From Minisyncoccota bacterium (GTDB lineage Bacteria > Patescibacteriota > Minisyncoccia > UBA6257 > 2-01-FULL-56-20), in contig JBAYLC010000002.1 in NCBI GenBank assembly GCA_041664245.1, positions 11,593 through 75,592 of the forward strand: 64,000 nt of DNA, read 5' to 3'. The notes beneath the pieces were generated by a model. The model was not told the origin of the DNA and ran no database searches. It saw nothing but the letters and a program-made list of their open reading frames with translations. Below, one piece after another: positions 17,664 through 26,075 of this stretch. The position numbers and the translations under genes were made by a program. Within the stretch, counting starts at the first letter, position 1; every line of letters starts with the position of its first letter.

Positions 17664-20177
17664 TTGATGAAATCATCTTCCGTTTTTTCAACTTTTGAGA
17701 GTGTTTTCGAAGAGTTAAAAATAAAAGGGCTTACTTCTTCGGAAGCGGAGAGGCGGCTTAAGGACTACGGAAAGAACGTTATTAATTATATAGAAGAAAG
17801 GGCTTTAATCTTAGAGTTCTTATCAAAGTTTAAGAGCCCGCTTATTATTTTGCTTTTAGTAGCTTCGCTAATTTCCATATTCACCGGGAATGAGGCGGAT
17901 TTTTTTATTATTCTAGCGATGATTTTTATCGGGGTGGTGGTTGATTTCTATCAGGAGCATCAATCTCAGAAGGCGGCGGAAAGATTAAGGGAAAAAGTGG
18001 CAGTTCAGACCAGAGTATTAAGAGACGGCAGAGAGAAAGAAATTTTTATCGCTGATGTGACGGTTCGAGACATCGTGATTTTGGCAGCTGGTGATGTAGT
18101 GCCAGCCGATTTAAAAATTTTATTCTCCCGGGATCTTCATATTGATGAATCGGCTTTAACCGGGGAGTCTTTTCCGGCGGAAAAAGAAGTTAATGATTTG
18201 GGGTTGATGGGGACGAGCGTGGTAAACGGCGAGGGGATTGGTGAGGTTTTGAAGATTGGGCGGGATACGGAATTTGGAAAAATCGGCCAAAAGCTTGTTT
18301 TACAAAAACCGCCGACTGATTTCGAAATTGGAGTCAAGCAATTGGGCTTGTTTATTATGAAGTTAACGGTTGGGCTGACGGCGATAATTTTTGCGACTAA
18401 TCTAATTTTACGGCCCAATTTTTTTGGCGAATCCTTGCTTTTCGCTCTGGCGCTCGCAATCGGCCTCACGCCGGAACTTTTACCGGTTATTGTAACAGTT
18501 AATTTATCCCGGGGGGCGGCGCGAATGTTAAAGAAGGGGGTTATTGTTAAACATCTTCCGGCAATTCAAAACTTTGGCAGTATGAATGTGCTTTGCACTG
18601 ATAAGACCGGTACCCTTACCGAGAATAAAATTAAACTGGAGCGTTACGAAAATTTTCAGACTAAAGATGACGACAAGGTGCTAACTTTCGCTTACCTTAA
18701 TAGTTTTTTCCAATCTAATTTGAAAAGCGCTTTGGAGCAGGCAATTTTAGCTCATAAACAAAAAGTTGATTTAGGAAAATATGAAAAAATAGACGAGATA
18801 CCTTTTGATTTTTTTAGGAAACGCTTGTCGGTTGCGGTTCGAGATAAGAAAAAGACATATTTGATTGCTAAGGGAGCGCCAGAAGAGCTTATTCAAATTA
18901 CTACTTATTATGAGCAGAACGGAAGAATACATAGAGCTGGTAAAGAAATAAAGGAAAAAATATTGGCGAGACATAACGAGCTTAGCGCGCAGGGTTTTCG
19001 GGTTTTAATGGTGGCCTACCGAGTCGTTCCGGGAGATCAAAAAACTTTCGCGAAAAATGATGAGCGAGCTCTGATATTTTTAGGTTTAACTGCTTTTATG
19101 GACCCGCCGAAAGCGGACGTGAAGGAAGTGATCAAAACCTTGCATGAGGAGGGGGTGATGATAAAAATTTTGACGGGGGATAACGAAAATGTAACCAGGA
19201 AAGTTTGTGAAGAGTTAGAGATTCCGATTAGCGGAATCATTTCTGGCGTTGAGCTTGTGAATTTTTCAGAGGAGAGACTAACAGAGGCGGCGCTAAAAAA
19301 TAATATTTTTGTAAAACTAACGCCGGATTTGAAAGAAAGAATTATCTTAGCTCTTAAAAAATCAAAACAGGTGGTGGGTTATTTGGGCGATGGAATCAAT
19401 GACGCGCCATCGCTTAAAGCGGCCGATGTGGGGATTTCTGTTCAGAATGCGGTGGCAGTGGCCCGGGAGGCGGCTGATTTGATTTTAGTGACCAAGTCTT
19501 TACGAGTTTTGCATGACGGAATTTATGAAGGGCGAAGAACATTCGAAAATACAATGAAGTATATTTTTATGAATTTAAGTTCTAACTTTGGGAATATGCT
19601 TTCTATCAGTGTGGCTTCTTTTATTTTGCCTTTTTTGCCGCTTTTGCCCACGCAGATAATTCTGGGAAATTTGATTTATGATTTATCGCAATTAACTTTG
19701 CCGTCGGACAATGTTGACGTTAAAAACCTTAAGCGGCCGCGGAAATGGAATATCGATTTCATAAAAAAATTCGCTTTTACTTTCGGCCCGATCAGCTCAA
19801 TGTTTGATCTTGTAACTCTCGGCGCTCTTTTTTATCTTTTTAATTCTTCGACCGAAGTTTTCCGGACGGGTTGGTTTGTGGAGTCATTGGTTACCCAGTT
19901 GCTTATTGTGGTGGCGATTAGAACCCGAACCGTTCCATTTTTCAAAAGCCGGCCATCGTGGTTTTTTGTGATGAGCGCGGTTTTGGGAGCGGCTCTTATA
20001 ATAGGAATTACCCAAACGGGAATAGGGGGGATTTTCGGATTTAAGAATTTGCCTCCAACTTTCTGGTTGTTCTTGGTAGTCGTGGTGGTAGCGTTTTTCT
20101 TTGTGATTGAAGCGGTTAAACTCAAGTTCTATAAGATCCAGGAAGCTAATAATTTAAAGAAGGGAATTGTGGTATAG
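17664..20177 (+). CDS. mgtA: Magnesium-translocating P-type ATPase
   Basis: TGES, LTPELLP, DKTGTLT, KGAPEE, GDGINDAP, SSNFGN. Confidence 0.9.
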   Translation: MMKSSSVFSTFESVFEELKIKGLTSSEAERRLKDYGKNVINYIEERALILEFLSKFKSPLIILLLVASLISIFTGNEADFFIILAMIFIGVVVDFYQEHQSQKAAERLREKVAVQTRVLRDGREKEIFIADVTVRDIVILAAGDVVPADLKILFSRDLHIDESALTGESFPAEKEVNDLGLMGTSVVNGEGIGEVLKIGRDTEFGKIGQKLVLQKPPTDFEIGVKQLGLFIMKLTVGLTAIIFATNLILRPNFFGESLLFALALAIGLTPELLPVIVTVNLSRGAARMLKKGVIVKHLPAIQNFGSMNVLCTDKTGTLTENKIKLERYENFQTKDDDKVLTFAYLNSFFQSNLKSALEQAILAHKQKVDLGKYEKIDEIPFDFFRKRLSVAVRDKKKTYLIAKGAPEELIQITTYYEQNGRIHRAGKEIKEKILARHNELSAQGFRVLMVAYRVVPGDQKTFAKNDERALIFLGLTAFMDPPKADVKEVIKTLHEEGVMIKILTGDNENVTRKVCEELEIPISGIISGVELVNFSEERLTEAALKNNIFVKLTPDLKERIILALKKSKQVVGYLGDGINDAPSLKAADVGISVQNAVAVAREAADLILVTKSLRVLHDGIYEGRRTFENTMKYIFMNLSSNFGNMLSISVASFILPFLPLLPTQIILGNLIYDLSQLTLPSDNVDVKNLKRPRKWNIDFIKKFAFTFGPISSMFDLVTLGALFYLFNSSTEVFRTGWFVESLVTQLLIVVAIRTRTVPFFKSRPSWFFVMSAVLGAALIIGITQTGIGGIFGFKNLPPTFWLFLVVVVVAFFFVIEAVKLKFYKIQEANNLKKGIVV

Positions 20178-20255
20178 TTGCCGTTTTTAAAGTAACCCTT
20201 TCGGGCCGTTTTATTTTGTAGATTTAAATATTTTCCATCTTTTGTATAATATAAG

Positions 20256-20495
20256 AAGTTCCTTGAGGTGAGTGTTAACCTTGCCGGTTGGTATGTTTGG
20301 CGGTGGTGGCTGCTGTGTTTTTGGGATTTAACACAAGGACTACCTACGTCATCAGAGGATTACTGATTGAGAGGTTCGTCATCATGAAAAAGTCACTTTG
20401 GGGGATTTTCGTTTCTTAGACAAGACCAAGGATCAAAAGAAACGAAGTGAGCGTAACTGCTCCCTCAGGGGGCGCCATTAACTTGGCGCCCTTTA
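20256..20495 (+). ncRNA. Candidate structured ncRNA A (closing-stem architecture, possibly 6S-like)
   Basis: TATAAT 20245-20250; 5' GTTCCTTGAGG-T-GAGT-GTTA pairs with 3' TAAC-T-GCTC-CCTCAGGGGGC; internal hairpins; terminator 20470-20494; no long ORF. Confidence 0.45.
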
Positions 20496-20539
20496 TATTT
20501 TAAAATTGATTGTAAGAATTTTTTGTTATAAAATTTAGG

Positions 20540-20782
20540 AAGCTACTTATGGAAGTGGCGGAAGTAATAACGCATCTAGGATTGGATAGAGTGGGGATGC
20601 CTATCCTAAGATGATTGGAATTAACCATTGGCCGGAGTTGAGGGATTCTTTATGAATGCCACGATTCACCTTGAGGGTATTGCCACCTAGCACGACGACG
20701 AACGCGAGGGTTGCGAGCGAGTTGGTTTGAAAAAGCCGGCTACCTCCCGAGGCGCTGACGAAAGTCGGCGCCTCTTTTTTTT
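20540..20782 (+). ncRNA. Candidate structured ncRNA B
   Basis: TTGATT-N17-TAAAAT (20506-20534); stems GTGGCGG/TTGCCAC and GGATAG/CTATCC; two GAAA-tetraloop hairpins, the last a strong terminator with T8. Confidence 0.4.
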
Positions 20783-20783
20783 C

Positions 20784-21087
20784 TTGATAATTTTAAAATT
20801 TTTTTGTAGGATATTCTTAAGCAACTTGAGAAGTAAATATTACAGCAATTCAGAGATAGTGAGAGCAAGTTACCCAAGGCGCCTCTAAGAAAGGAGAGGA
20901 GCGTATGATTTTTTTCAAAAATGACGGAGAGAAAATATTGGGATGGTCAAACGAGTCTGTCATTTTCTAGTAAGAAAATCTGGTAACGTAAAGCAGGGTA
21001 AAAATTTTGCTTTTGGCAAAGACCTGGGCTTTCACGCGGAAGGAATTGTGTCTGTTTTCGTAGTAATTAACCGTAAAGGAGGCATCA
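20784..21087 (+). promoter_or_regulatory. Promoter and ~270-nt structured 5' leader of the 21088 gene
   Basis: TTGATA-N17-TAGGAT (20784-20812); stems AAAATGACGGA/TCTGTCATTTT and AAAGCAGGGT/ATTTTGCTTT; SD AAGGAGG. Confidence 0.4.
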
Positions 21088-22041
21088 ATGAAGACGCATC
21101 GTCTTCTACTTTGTATTCTCCTTGCGACAATGCTGCTATTTATGGTTCCCGGGATAATGGCCTCACCTGGCTCACATTTCGGAACCGATTCTCAGAGTCC
21201 TGCGGTGTCCTCTAACTCACCGCCGGCTTTGAATAACAGCAACGACCAAGGGAATCTCGTACAGGTTGCCGTTAACGAATCACCGCCGGCTCCGGGCTTT
21301 TGGAACGCGCGAATCGATTCGACTAATGGCTTGAACATGCTCACTGCGCCGCCGAGTAATTCGATGGTTGAGAACCGAATGAACGCAATGGCGAACGCGA
21401 GTGATAAGGACAGGTGTTTGGTGGCGACGGTCAGCGCGAGTATGGTCAGTATGAATGCTAGTTTACTGAATACTCAGGCCGGGCGTTACGAGAAGATTCA
21501 GATGAAGAAGACGGCCAATAGTGAGTCGCCGCCTAATCCCATATGGATGAAGCAGATTGATTCGAATTGGCCAGTGGACGAAGTCGCGATGAATAGCGCT
21601 GTTGGGATTACGAGCCTTCAGGTTACGACATTCGCGATTAGTGACGACGAAAATGCGGTCAATCCGGCCGCGACACGCGAACTGCCACCCGCGCCGATGA
21701 ACTTCGTGGCTGGCAATTCGACGAACATGATGGAAGCCGACAATCTTTCTCAGGAGGTCACAAGGGCAACAGCAATCAGCCGAGCGGGCGTGACGTTGGC
21801 TAATGATATTTTTGGTCGGTCGAACTTCAAGATGGATGCCGTACGAGGATTACGTGGAGCTGGTTTGGTTACTGATGAACGACAGTTCATTTGGTTTCCA
21901 AATACCGGTTTTACGATGTCGACTTTCGCTTTTCTCATCGGCAATGATGAAGCCAAGAAATTCTCTCCGTTTGCGGTTGCTATCAACGGAAACTCCCGAG
22001 CCGGGTTAACCCTGATGATTGGTTGGTGCAACGACGTCTGA
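21088..22041 (+). CDS. Orphan secreted protein with internal ESPPxP..W..IDS repeats
   Basis: Strong SD; signal peptide; Asn/Met/Ala-rich; repeats NESPPAPGFWNARIDS and SESPPNPIWMKQIDS. Confidence 0.65.
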   Translation: MKTHRLLLCILLATMLLFMVPGIMASPGSHFGTDSQSPAVSSNSPPALNNSNDQGNLVQVAVNESPPAPGFWNARIDSTNGLNMLTAPPSNSMVENRMNAMANASDKDRCLVATVSASMVSMNASLLNTQAGRYEKIQMKKTANSESPPNPIWMKQIDSNWPVDEVAMNSAVGITSLQVTTFAISDDENAVNPAATRELPPAPMNFVAGNSTNMMEADNLSQEVTRATAISRAGVTLANDIFGRSNFKMDAVRGLRGAGLVTDERQFIWFPNTGFTMSTFAFLIGNDEAKKFSPFAVAINGNSRAGLTLMIGWCNDV

Positions 22042-22129
22042 GGTGCGGCCGACTGCGCTAAGAGTAGTTGGCCAGAGATTGGATTACTTTCGTAATCCAA
22101 TGATGCGGTAATGCATTTAAGGAACTTTG

Positions 22130-22170
22130 CCGCCCGTGATCACGAAAGTGATTATGGGCGGATTTTTTTT
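22130..22170 (+). terminator. Intrinsic terminator of the 21088 gene
   Basis: CCGCCCGTGATCAC-GAAA-GTGATTATGGGCGG + T8. Confidence 0.85.
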
Positions 22171-22176
22171 GGCGAT

Positions 22177-22212
22177 AATACACTATTTTGACGATCGTCA
22201 AAATAGTGTATT
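22177..22212. repeat. Perfect 36-bp palindrome
   Basis: AATACACTATTTTGACGA|TCGTCAAAATAGTGTATT next to the RluA-family stop codon. Confidence 0.8.
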
Positions 22213-22213
22213 G

Positions 22214-23155
22214 CTACCCTTTGGAGGGTTTATTTATTCTTTTCAAAAAATTTTCTAAATCTTTTGGAAGATTAATTTCTAATTCGATTTTTTTATTGCT
22301 TGGCGAGATAAATTTAAGGTAATAAGCATGAAGAAATTGGCGATTAAGAAGCGAAACGGTTTTTGGACCATAGAGTTTGTCGCCGATTACGGGATGATTG
22401 ATCGCAGAGAGATGAACCCGGATTTGGTGGGTGCGGCCGGTTTGAGGTGAAATCTCAAGGAGGGCAAATTTCTGGCCGAATGTTTTTATAACTTTATATT
22501 TTGTAATGGCTGCGCGGACGGATTTTTTAATTTCGGCGAGTCTTTTGACCGCTACTTTTTTTAGGCGGTTCTTGGTTGAAGGACGAATAGGGTATTCAAT
22601 GACGCCGGATTTTTTTAGGGGGATGCCATCAACTAAGCAGAGATATTTTTTTTCTAAAGAGTGATCGAGAAATTGCTGTTTTATAAATAAAAAAGATTTT
22701 TGATTTTTCGGAATGATAATTAATCCAGAGGTGTCTTTGTCTAAGCGATGGACAATGCCAGGGCGGAGGGGATTTTCGCCGACGGATTTTAATTTTGGAT
22801 AGCGGGCGAGGAGAGCGTTTACTAGAGTTCCCTTGCGGATTTTGTCGGTGGGGTGAGTGATTAAGCCGGCGGGTTTGTTGATGACTATCAGATCTTTGTC
22901 TTCGTAGACAATCTTGAGAGGAATTTTTGGTTCTGGTTTGAGGTCGTCTGGTTTAGATTTTTTAAATATTTTTTCTTCAATTTCTATTTTGTCGCCGGTT
23001 TTAAGAATGAGACTTGGTTTCAAGGCGGTTTTTTGGTTTACCAGAACAAGGTCGGACTTGATAAGCTTTTGGATTTCGTTTCGGGAGAGGGCCTGGAATT
23101 TCTGATGAAGAAATTTATCGAGCCGTTCTTTAGTATTTTCGAAAATTATTTCCAT
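22214..23155 (-). CDS. rluD: RluA-family pseudouridine synthase (RluD-like, S4 domain)
   Basis: RLDKFL S4 domain, NKPAGL, HRLDKDTSG, TGRTHQIRVH, FLHA. Confidence 0.88.
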   Translation of the reverse strand: MEIIFENTKERLDKFLHQKFQALSRNEIQKLIKSDLVLVNQKTALKPSLILKTGDKIEIEEKIFKKSKPDDLKPEPKIPLKIVYEDKDLIVINKPAGLITHPTDKIRKGTLVNALLARYPKLKSVGENPLRPGIVHRLDKDTSGLIIIPKNQKSFLFIKQQFLDHSLEKKYLCLVDGIPLKKSGVIEYPIRPSTKNRLKKVAVKRLAEIKKSVRAAITKYKVIKTFGQKFALLEISPQTGRTHQIRVHLSAINHPVIGDKLYGPKTVSLLNRQFLHAYYLKFISPSNKKIELEINLPKDLENFLKRINKPSKG

Positions 23156-23238
23156 TTGACTTCGGAATTATGATACCCTAATCTTCTTTCTCACGGCAAC
23201 TTAAGAATTTCATATGGACGGGAAGGAGATGGAAATAG

Positions 23239-23409
23239 ATGAAGAGAATTGATTGGAAATACGTGTTTAGAATGGGAGTTAGCTTGATTATCGCATCGGT
23301 TTTAATTGGTCTTTTTACCGAGAGTTGGAAGAATCTTGGGATAGGACTGATTTTATCAATTGCGCTAACGGTTATAGGAGCGCCATCGAAAACAAAAAAG
23401 GAGCATTAG
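23239..23409 (+). CDS. 56-aa two-TM membrane protein (not in ORF track)
   Basis: MKRIDWKYVFRMGVSLIIASVLIGLFTESWKNLGIGLILSIALTVIGAPSKTKKEH; AAGGAG SD; stop lies inside hairpin AAAAGGAGC/GCTCCTTTT. Confidence 0.55.
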   Translation: MKRIDWKYVFRMGVSLIIASVLIGLFTESWKNLGIGLILSIALTVIGAPSKTKKEH

Positions 23410-23434
23410 AAGCTCCTTTTCGTTTTTTTAGATT

Positions 23435-25732
23435 TTAAAGTTTAACAGAAGTTTTTTTAGATTCCGCCGGAACGGCGTCGATTTCGCAAACACCAGAAAC
23501 ACAAGCGAGTTCTTTAGCACCTTGGGTGAAGTCATCTTTTTCGTAGGCAACAATTTGGGAAAAATCAATTTGCGGGAATTTTTCAACCATCTCTAGATAT
23601 TTTTCTTCGGAGATTTCTTCGTAGGGAGCTAGTTGATAGACGTGATTGTCGCGAGGGAGAAAGGAGAGGCCGCCGATCATGTCCCAATTATCGAAGAGCC
23701 AATTAGAAACGCCAATCCATTCATCATCGCTTACAGAGATGGTGACCGAGGGATTATGCTCGGTGAAATTTTCCTTGACCATTTTCCAGTGCTCGAGTTG
23801 TTCTTTGGCGTTTAGGTCATTTTTGAAGACGCTGTTTTCGGGGGCTTTGACAGGAAATTCAAAAACGAAGGTGCTAGCGGAGCCTGTTGATTGGCCGACT
23901 TCAGGATGATAGGGAACTTTTTGATCTTTTAGCATCTGAAAGAGTGTGTCGGTGGCGGCAATGCGGACTCGGCGGATATAGTATTGAGCATGGCGGGCGT
24001 GACCGCCGGAAGCGGCGTCAACGAGTTGGGAAACGGTACCAGAAGGTTTGACGCAGGTGATGGCGGCGGATTGATTAATTCCAAAACGATGGGCGTATTC
24101 TTTATTTGTTTCAATCGCTTTCTCACGCATTTTTCTTAAAGTATTGTCGTTTCTAACAGCGGGAGAATCCCATTGGCCGGTTATGGAGACACCCAAGAGA
24201 CGTTCTTCTTTGCAATTTTCGTGCCATTCTTTTGAAAGGAAAGGAAAATCAATTAAAGTTGATTGATAGGTGCCGATGATTGTAGCGAGCCGGATTTTTT
24301 TGATCAAAGTTTCTTCGGTATCTTCTGTTCGGCAAACAACTTCGGAAAGATTACAAAATTCTTTGGATTTTAAAACGATTTCGCCGCAGGGGTTAGTGCC
24401 AGAGGTTTGAATATCATCTTTGAATATTTTCCAACGGCGCTCAGGGAGCTGTTTTTCAAGGCCGCCACGGTTAAAAATACCCCGTTCGCCGCTGCCGCTT
24501 TTGGCAAGAGCTAGCCATTCTTCCATAAATTGAGTGGCGCCGGGTTTTTCGTTGTAAACAGCGGAATTATTAGCTAGGGAACGCTGGGGTTCTTTGGCGT
24601 AAAACTGGCCTTTTTTGGCGTCCCGCATTTCTTCGTCATCGAGATCGGAGAGGGAAATTAAGGCGCTGCGGCGGACGCCGCCCATAACAACAACTTCACC
24701 GGTTTTACAAACGATATCGTGGACGTCGATATTGGAAAGCCGTTTGCCTTGCTTGGCTAAGATTTTATATTTGGCGAAATCAAGAAGAGCGTGGAGAGGT
24801 TCCGGGCCAGAGCTGCGGCCGCCCATGGTGCGGAGGCGGGCGCCGGCTGGTCGGATCTTTGAATAATCAAACTCAACATCTTCACCATTCCACCAAGATT
24901 TCATTCCGAAAGTTAAGGCTTCCGCCCAACCCTCTTTACTGTCTTCGATGACGTAGTTTTTTGGTTCTTTCCCGGTTTGTTTTTTGATTTGTGGAAGCTC
25001 TTGGACGGTTTGGCTTTCAACCGAGAAGCCGGCGCCGGTGCCGCACATTAGGATGTACATAATTTCGGCGAAGTCCTCGATTTTTGACGGGGCGATGTAG
25101 GAGCAATTAAAAGCGGAAACGTTAGTGGACTTGGCGGCTTTGCCGGCGGACCACATTAAACGCATTGAAGGCATCGCTTCTTGTTTTAAAATAGCCTCGC
25201 GAATTTCAGAGTATTCTTCGTCTTTTAATTTATCACCCAAATTTTCTCTCATGAAGCCTATATATCGATCAACCGTTTCGATCCAAGTTTCGCGACGGCC
25301 TTCATCTTCGATCCAACGGGAATAGGTGCGGTAATAAATAAATTCCGAAAGAGAATTGCGGAAATATTTTTTGCTTTCGTCGGCTAATTTTTTTATGTGA
25401 TCAGGGATGTCGCGTTGCTGGTTTCGAATTTTTGACCGTTCGTTTCGGTAAATTATGTAGGCCTTGGCAGTTTTAGCAAAATCCATCAGGATAAGCTGAG
25501 TTTCAACAACATCTTGAATATTCTCGATATCAGGGAGCTTTCCGTCGGGATATTTTTTTGAAAGAGAGCTTAAAACTTGCTCAGAAACTCGTTCGGCGTC
25601 CTTGAATGGATCGCCTTCACCAACGGCTTGCATAGCTCGGGAGATGGCGCGGGTGATTCGGCTCTGGTCGAAGGGAACAACTCGGCCGTCCCGTTTTCGG
25701 ATTTCAGTAAAATTATGTTTTTTGGTGAACAT
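23435..25732 (-). CDS. nrdJ: Class II adenosylcobalamin-dependent ribonucleotide reductase with ATP-cone
   Basis: IRKRDG ATP-cone; TNPCGE; CNLSE; KPSGTVSQL; C-terminal ACVSGVCE; no adjacent beta subunit. Confidence 0.85.
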   Translation of the reverse strand: MFTKKHNFTEIRKRDGRVVPFDQSRITRAISRAMQAVGEGDPFKDAERVSEQVLSSLSKKYPDGKLPDIENIQDVVETQLILMDFAKTAKAYIIYRNERSKIRNQQRDIPDHIKKLADESKKYFRNSLSEFIYYRTYSRWIEDEGRRETWIETVDRYIGFMRENLGDKLKDEEYSEIREAILKQEAMPSMRLMWSAGKAAKSTNVSAFNCSYIAPSKIEDFAEIMYILMCGTGAGFSVESQTVQELPQIKKQTGKEPKNYVIEDSKEGWAEALTFGMKSWWNGEDVEFDYSKIRPAGARLRTMGGRSSGPEPLHALLDFAKYKILAKQGKRLSNIDVHDIVCKTGEVVVMGGVRRSALISLSDLDDEEMRDAKKGQFYAKEPQRSLANNSAVYNEKPGATQFMEEWLALAKSGSGERGIFNRGGLEKQLPERRWKIFKDDIQTSGTNPCGEIVLKSKEFCNLSEVVCRTEDTEETLIKKIRLATIIGTYQSTLIDFPFLSKEWHENCKEERLLGVSITGQWDSPAVRNDNTLRKMREKAIETNKEYAHRFGINQSAAITCVKPSGTVSQLVDAASGGHARHAQYYIRRVRIAATDTLFQMLKDQKVPYHPEVGQSTGSASTFVFEFPVKAPENSVFKNDLNAKEQLEHWKMVKENFTEHNPSVTISVSDDEWIGVSNWLFDNWDMIGGLSFLPRDNHVYQLAPYEEISEEKYLEMVEKFPQIDFSQIVAYEKDDFTQGAKELACVSGVCEIDAVPAESKKTSVKL

Positions 25733-25816
25733 TAATTTATTTTTTTATTGGGGCGACTTTTTGATCTTGCCTTAAAGTTAAAAGGTAAGATTTATTTTTC
25801 TATGAGGTTTCAATTT

Positions 25817-25886
25817 CCGGGCGACAACATCGGGGTAAAATTTCGTTTCGGTAATTTCTCCAGAAGATCGTAATGTTGCCGTCCGG
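25817..25886 (-). promoter_or_regulatory. Long hairpin in nrdJ 5' leader
   Basis: CCGGACGGCAACAT / ATGTTGTCGCCCGG (minus strand) downstream of a TGGTAAAAT -10 at 25902-25910. Confidence 0.45.
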
Positions 25887-25925
25887 TTTTGTTGCCGATT
25901 CATTTTACCACAAAGATAAAACTTC

Positions 25926-25934
25926 TGTGGATAA
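25926..25934 (-). promoter_or_regulatory. Consensus DnaA box at the -35 region of the nrdJ promoter
   Basis: TTATCCACA on minus strand. Confidence 0.5.
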
Positions 25935-26075
25935 GATTTTTGTCTAATTTGCCCATTATTTCTAAAATCATTATGATTACGGAATTGAGCCTGATTTTTT
26001 TAGTTATCTATAGAGATCCCCGAGGAGCCTGATGACATTTTTTAAAAATATAGTCAATTTAGTCCTATTGACACT

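Noticed and set aside
20245-21087. tmRNA, RNase P RNA, SRP RNA or a known riboswitch
   Set aside because: No tRNA-like ends, no GAGGAAAGUCC P4 signature, and no SRP or riboswitch consensus recognised by eye; left as unclassified candidates.
20943-21215. 90-aa ORF overlapping the 21088 gene
   Set aside because: No SD, it spans leader hairpins, and it overlaps a better-supported gene in another frame.
25733-26075. Cobalamin riboswitch or NrdR boxes upstream of nrdJ
   Set aside because: Neither the B12-box nor the NrdR palindrome consensus was found.
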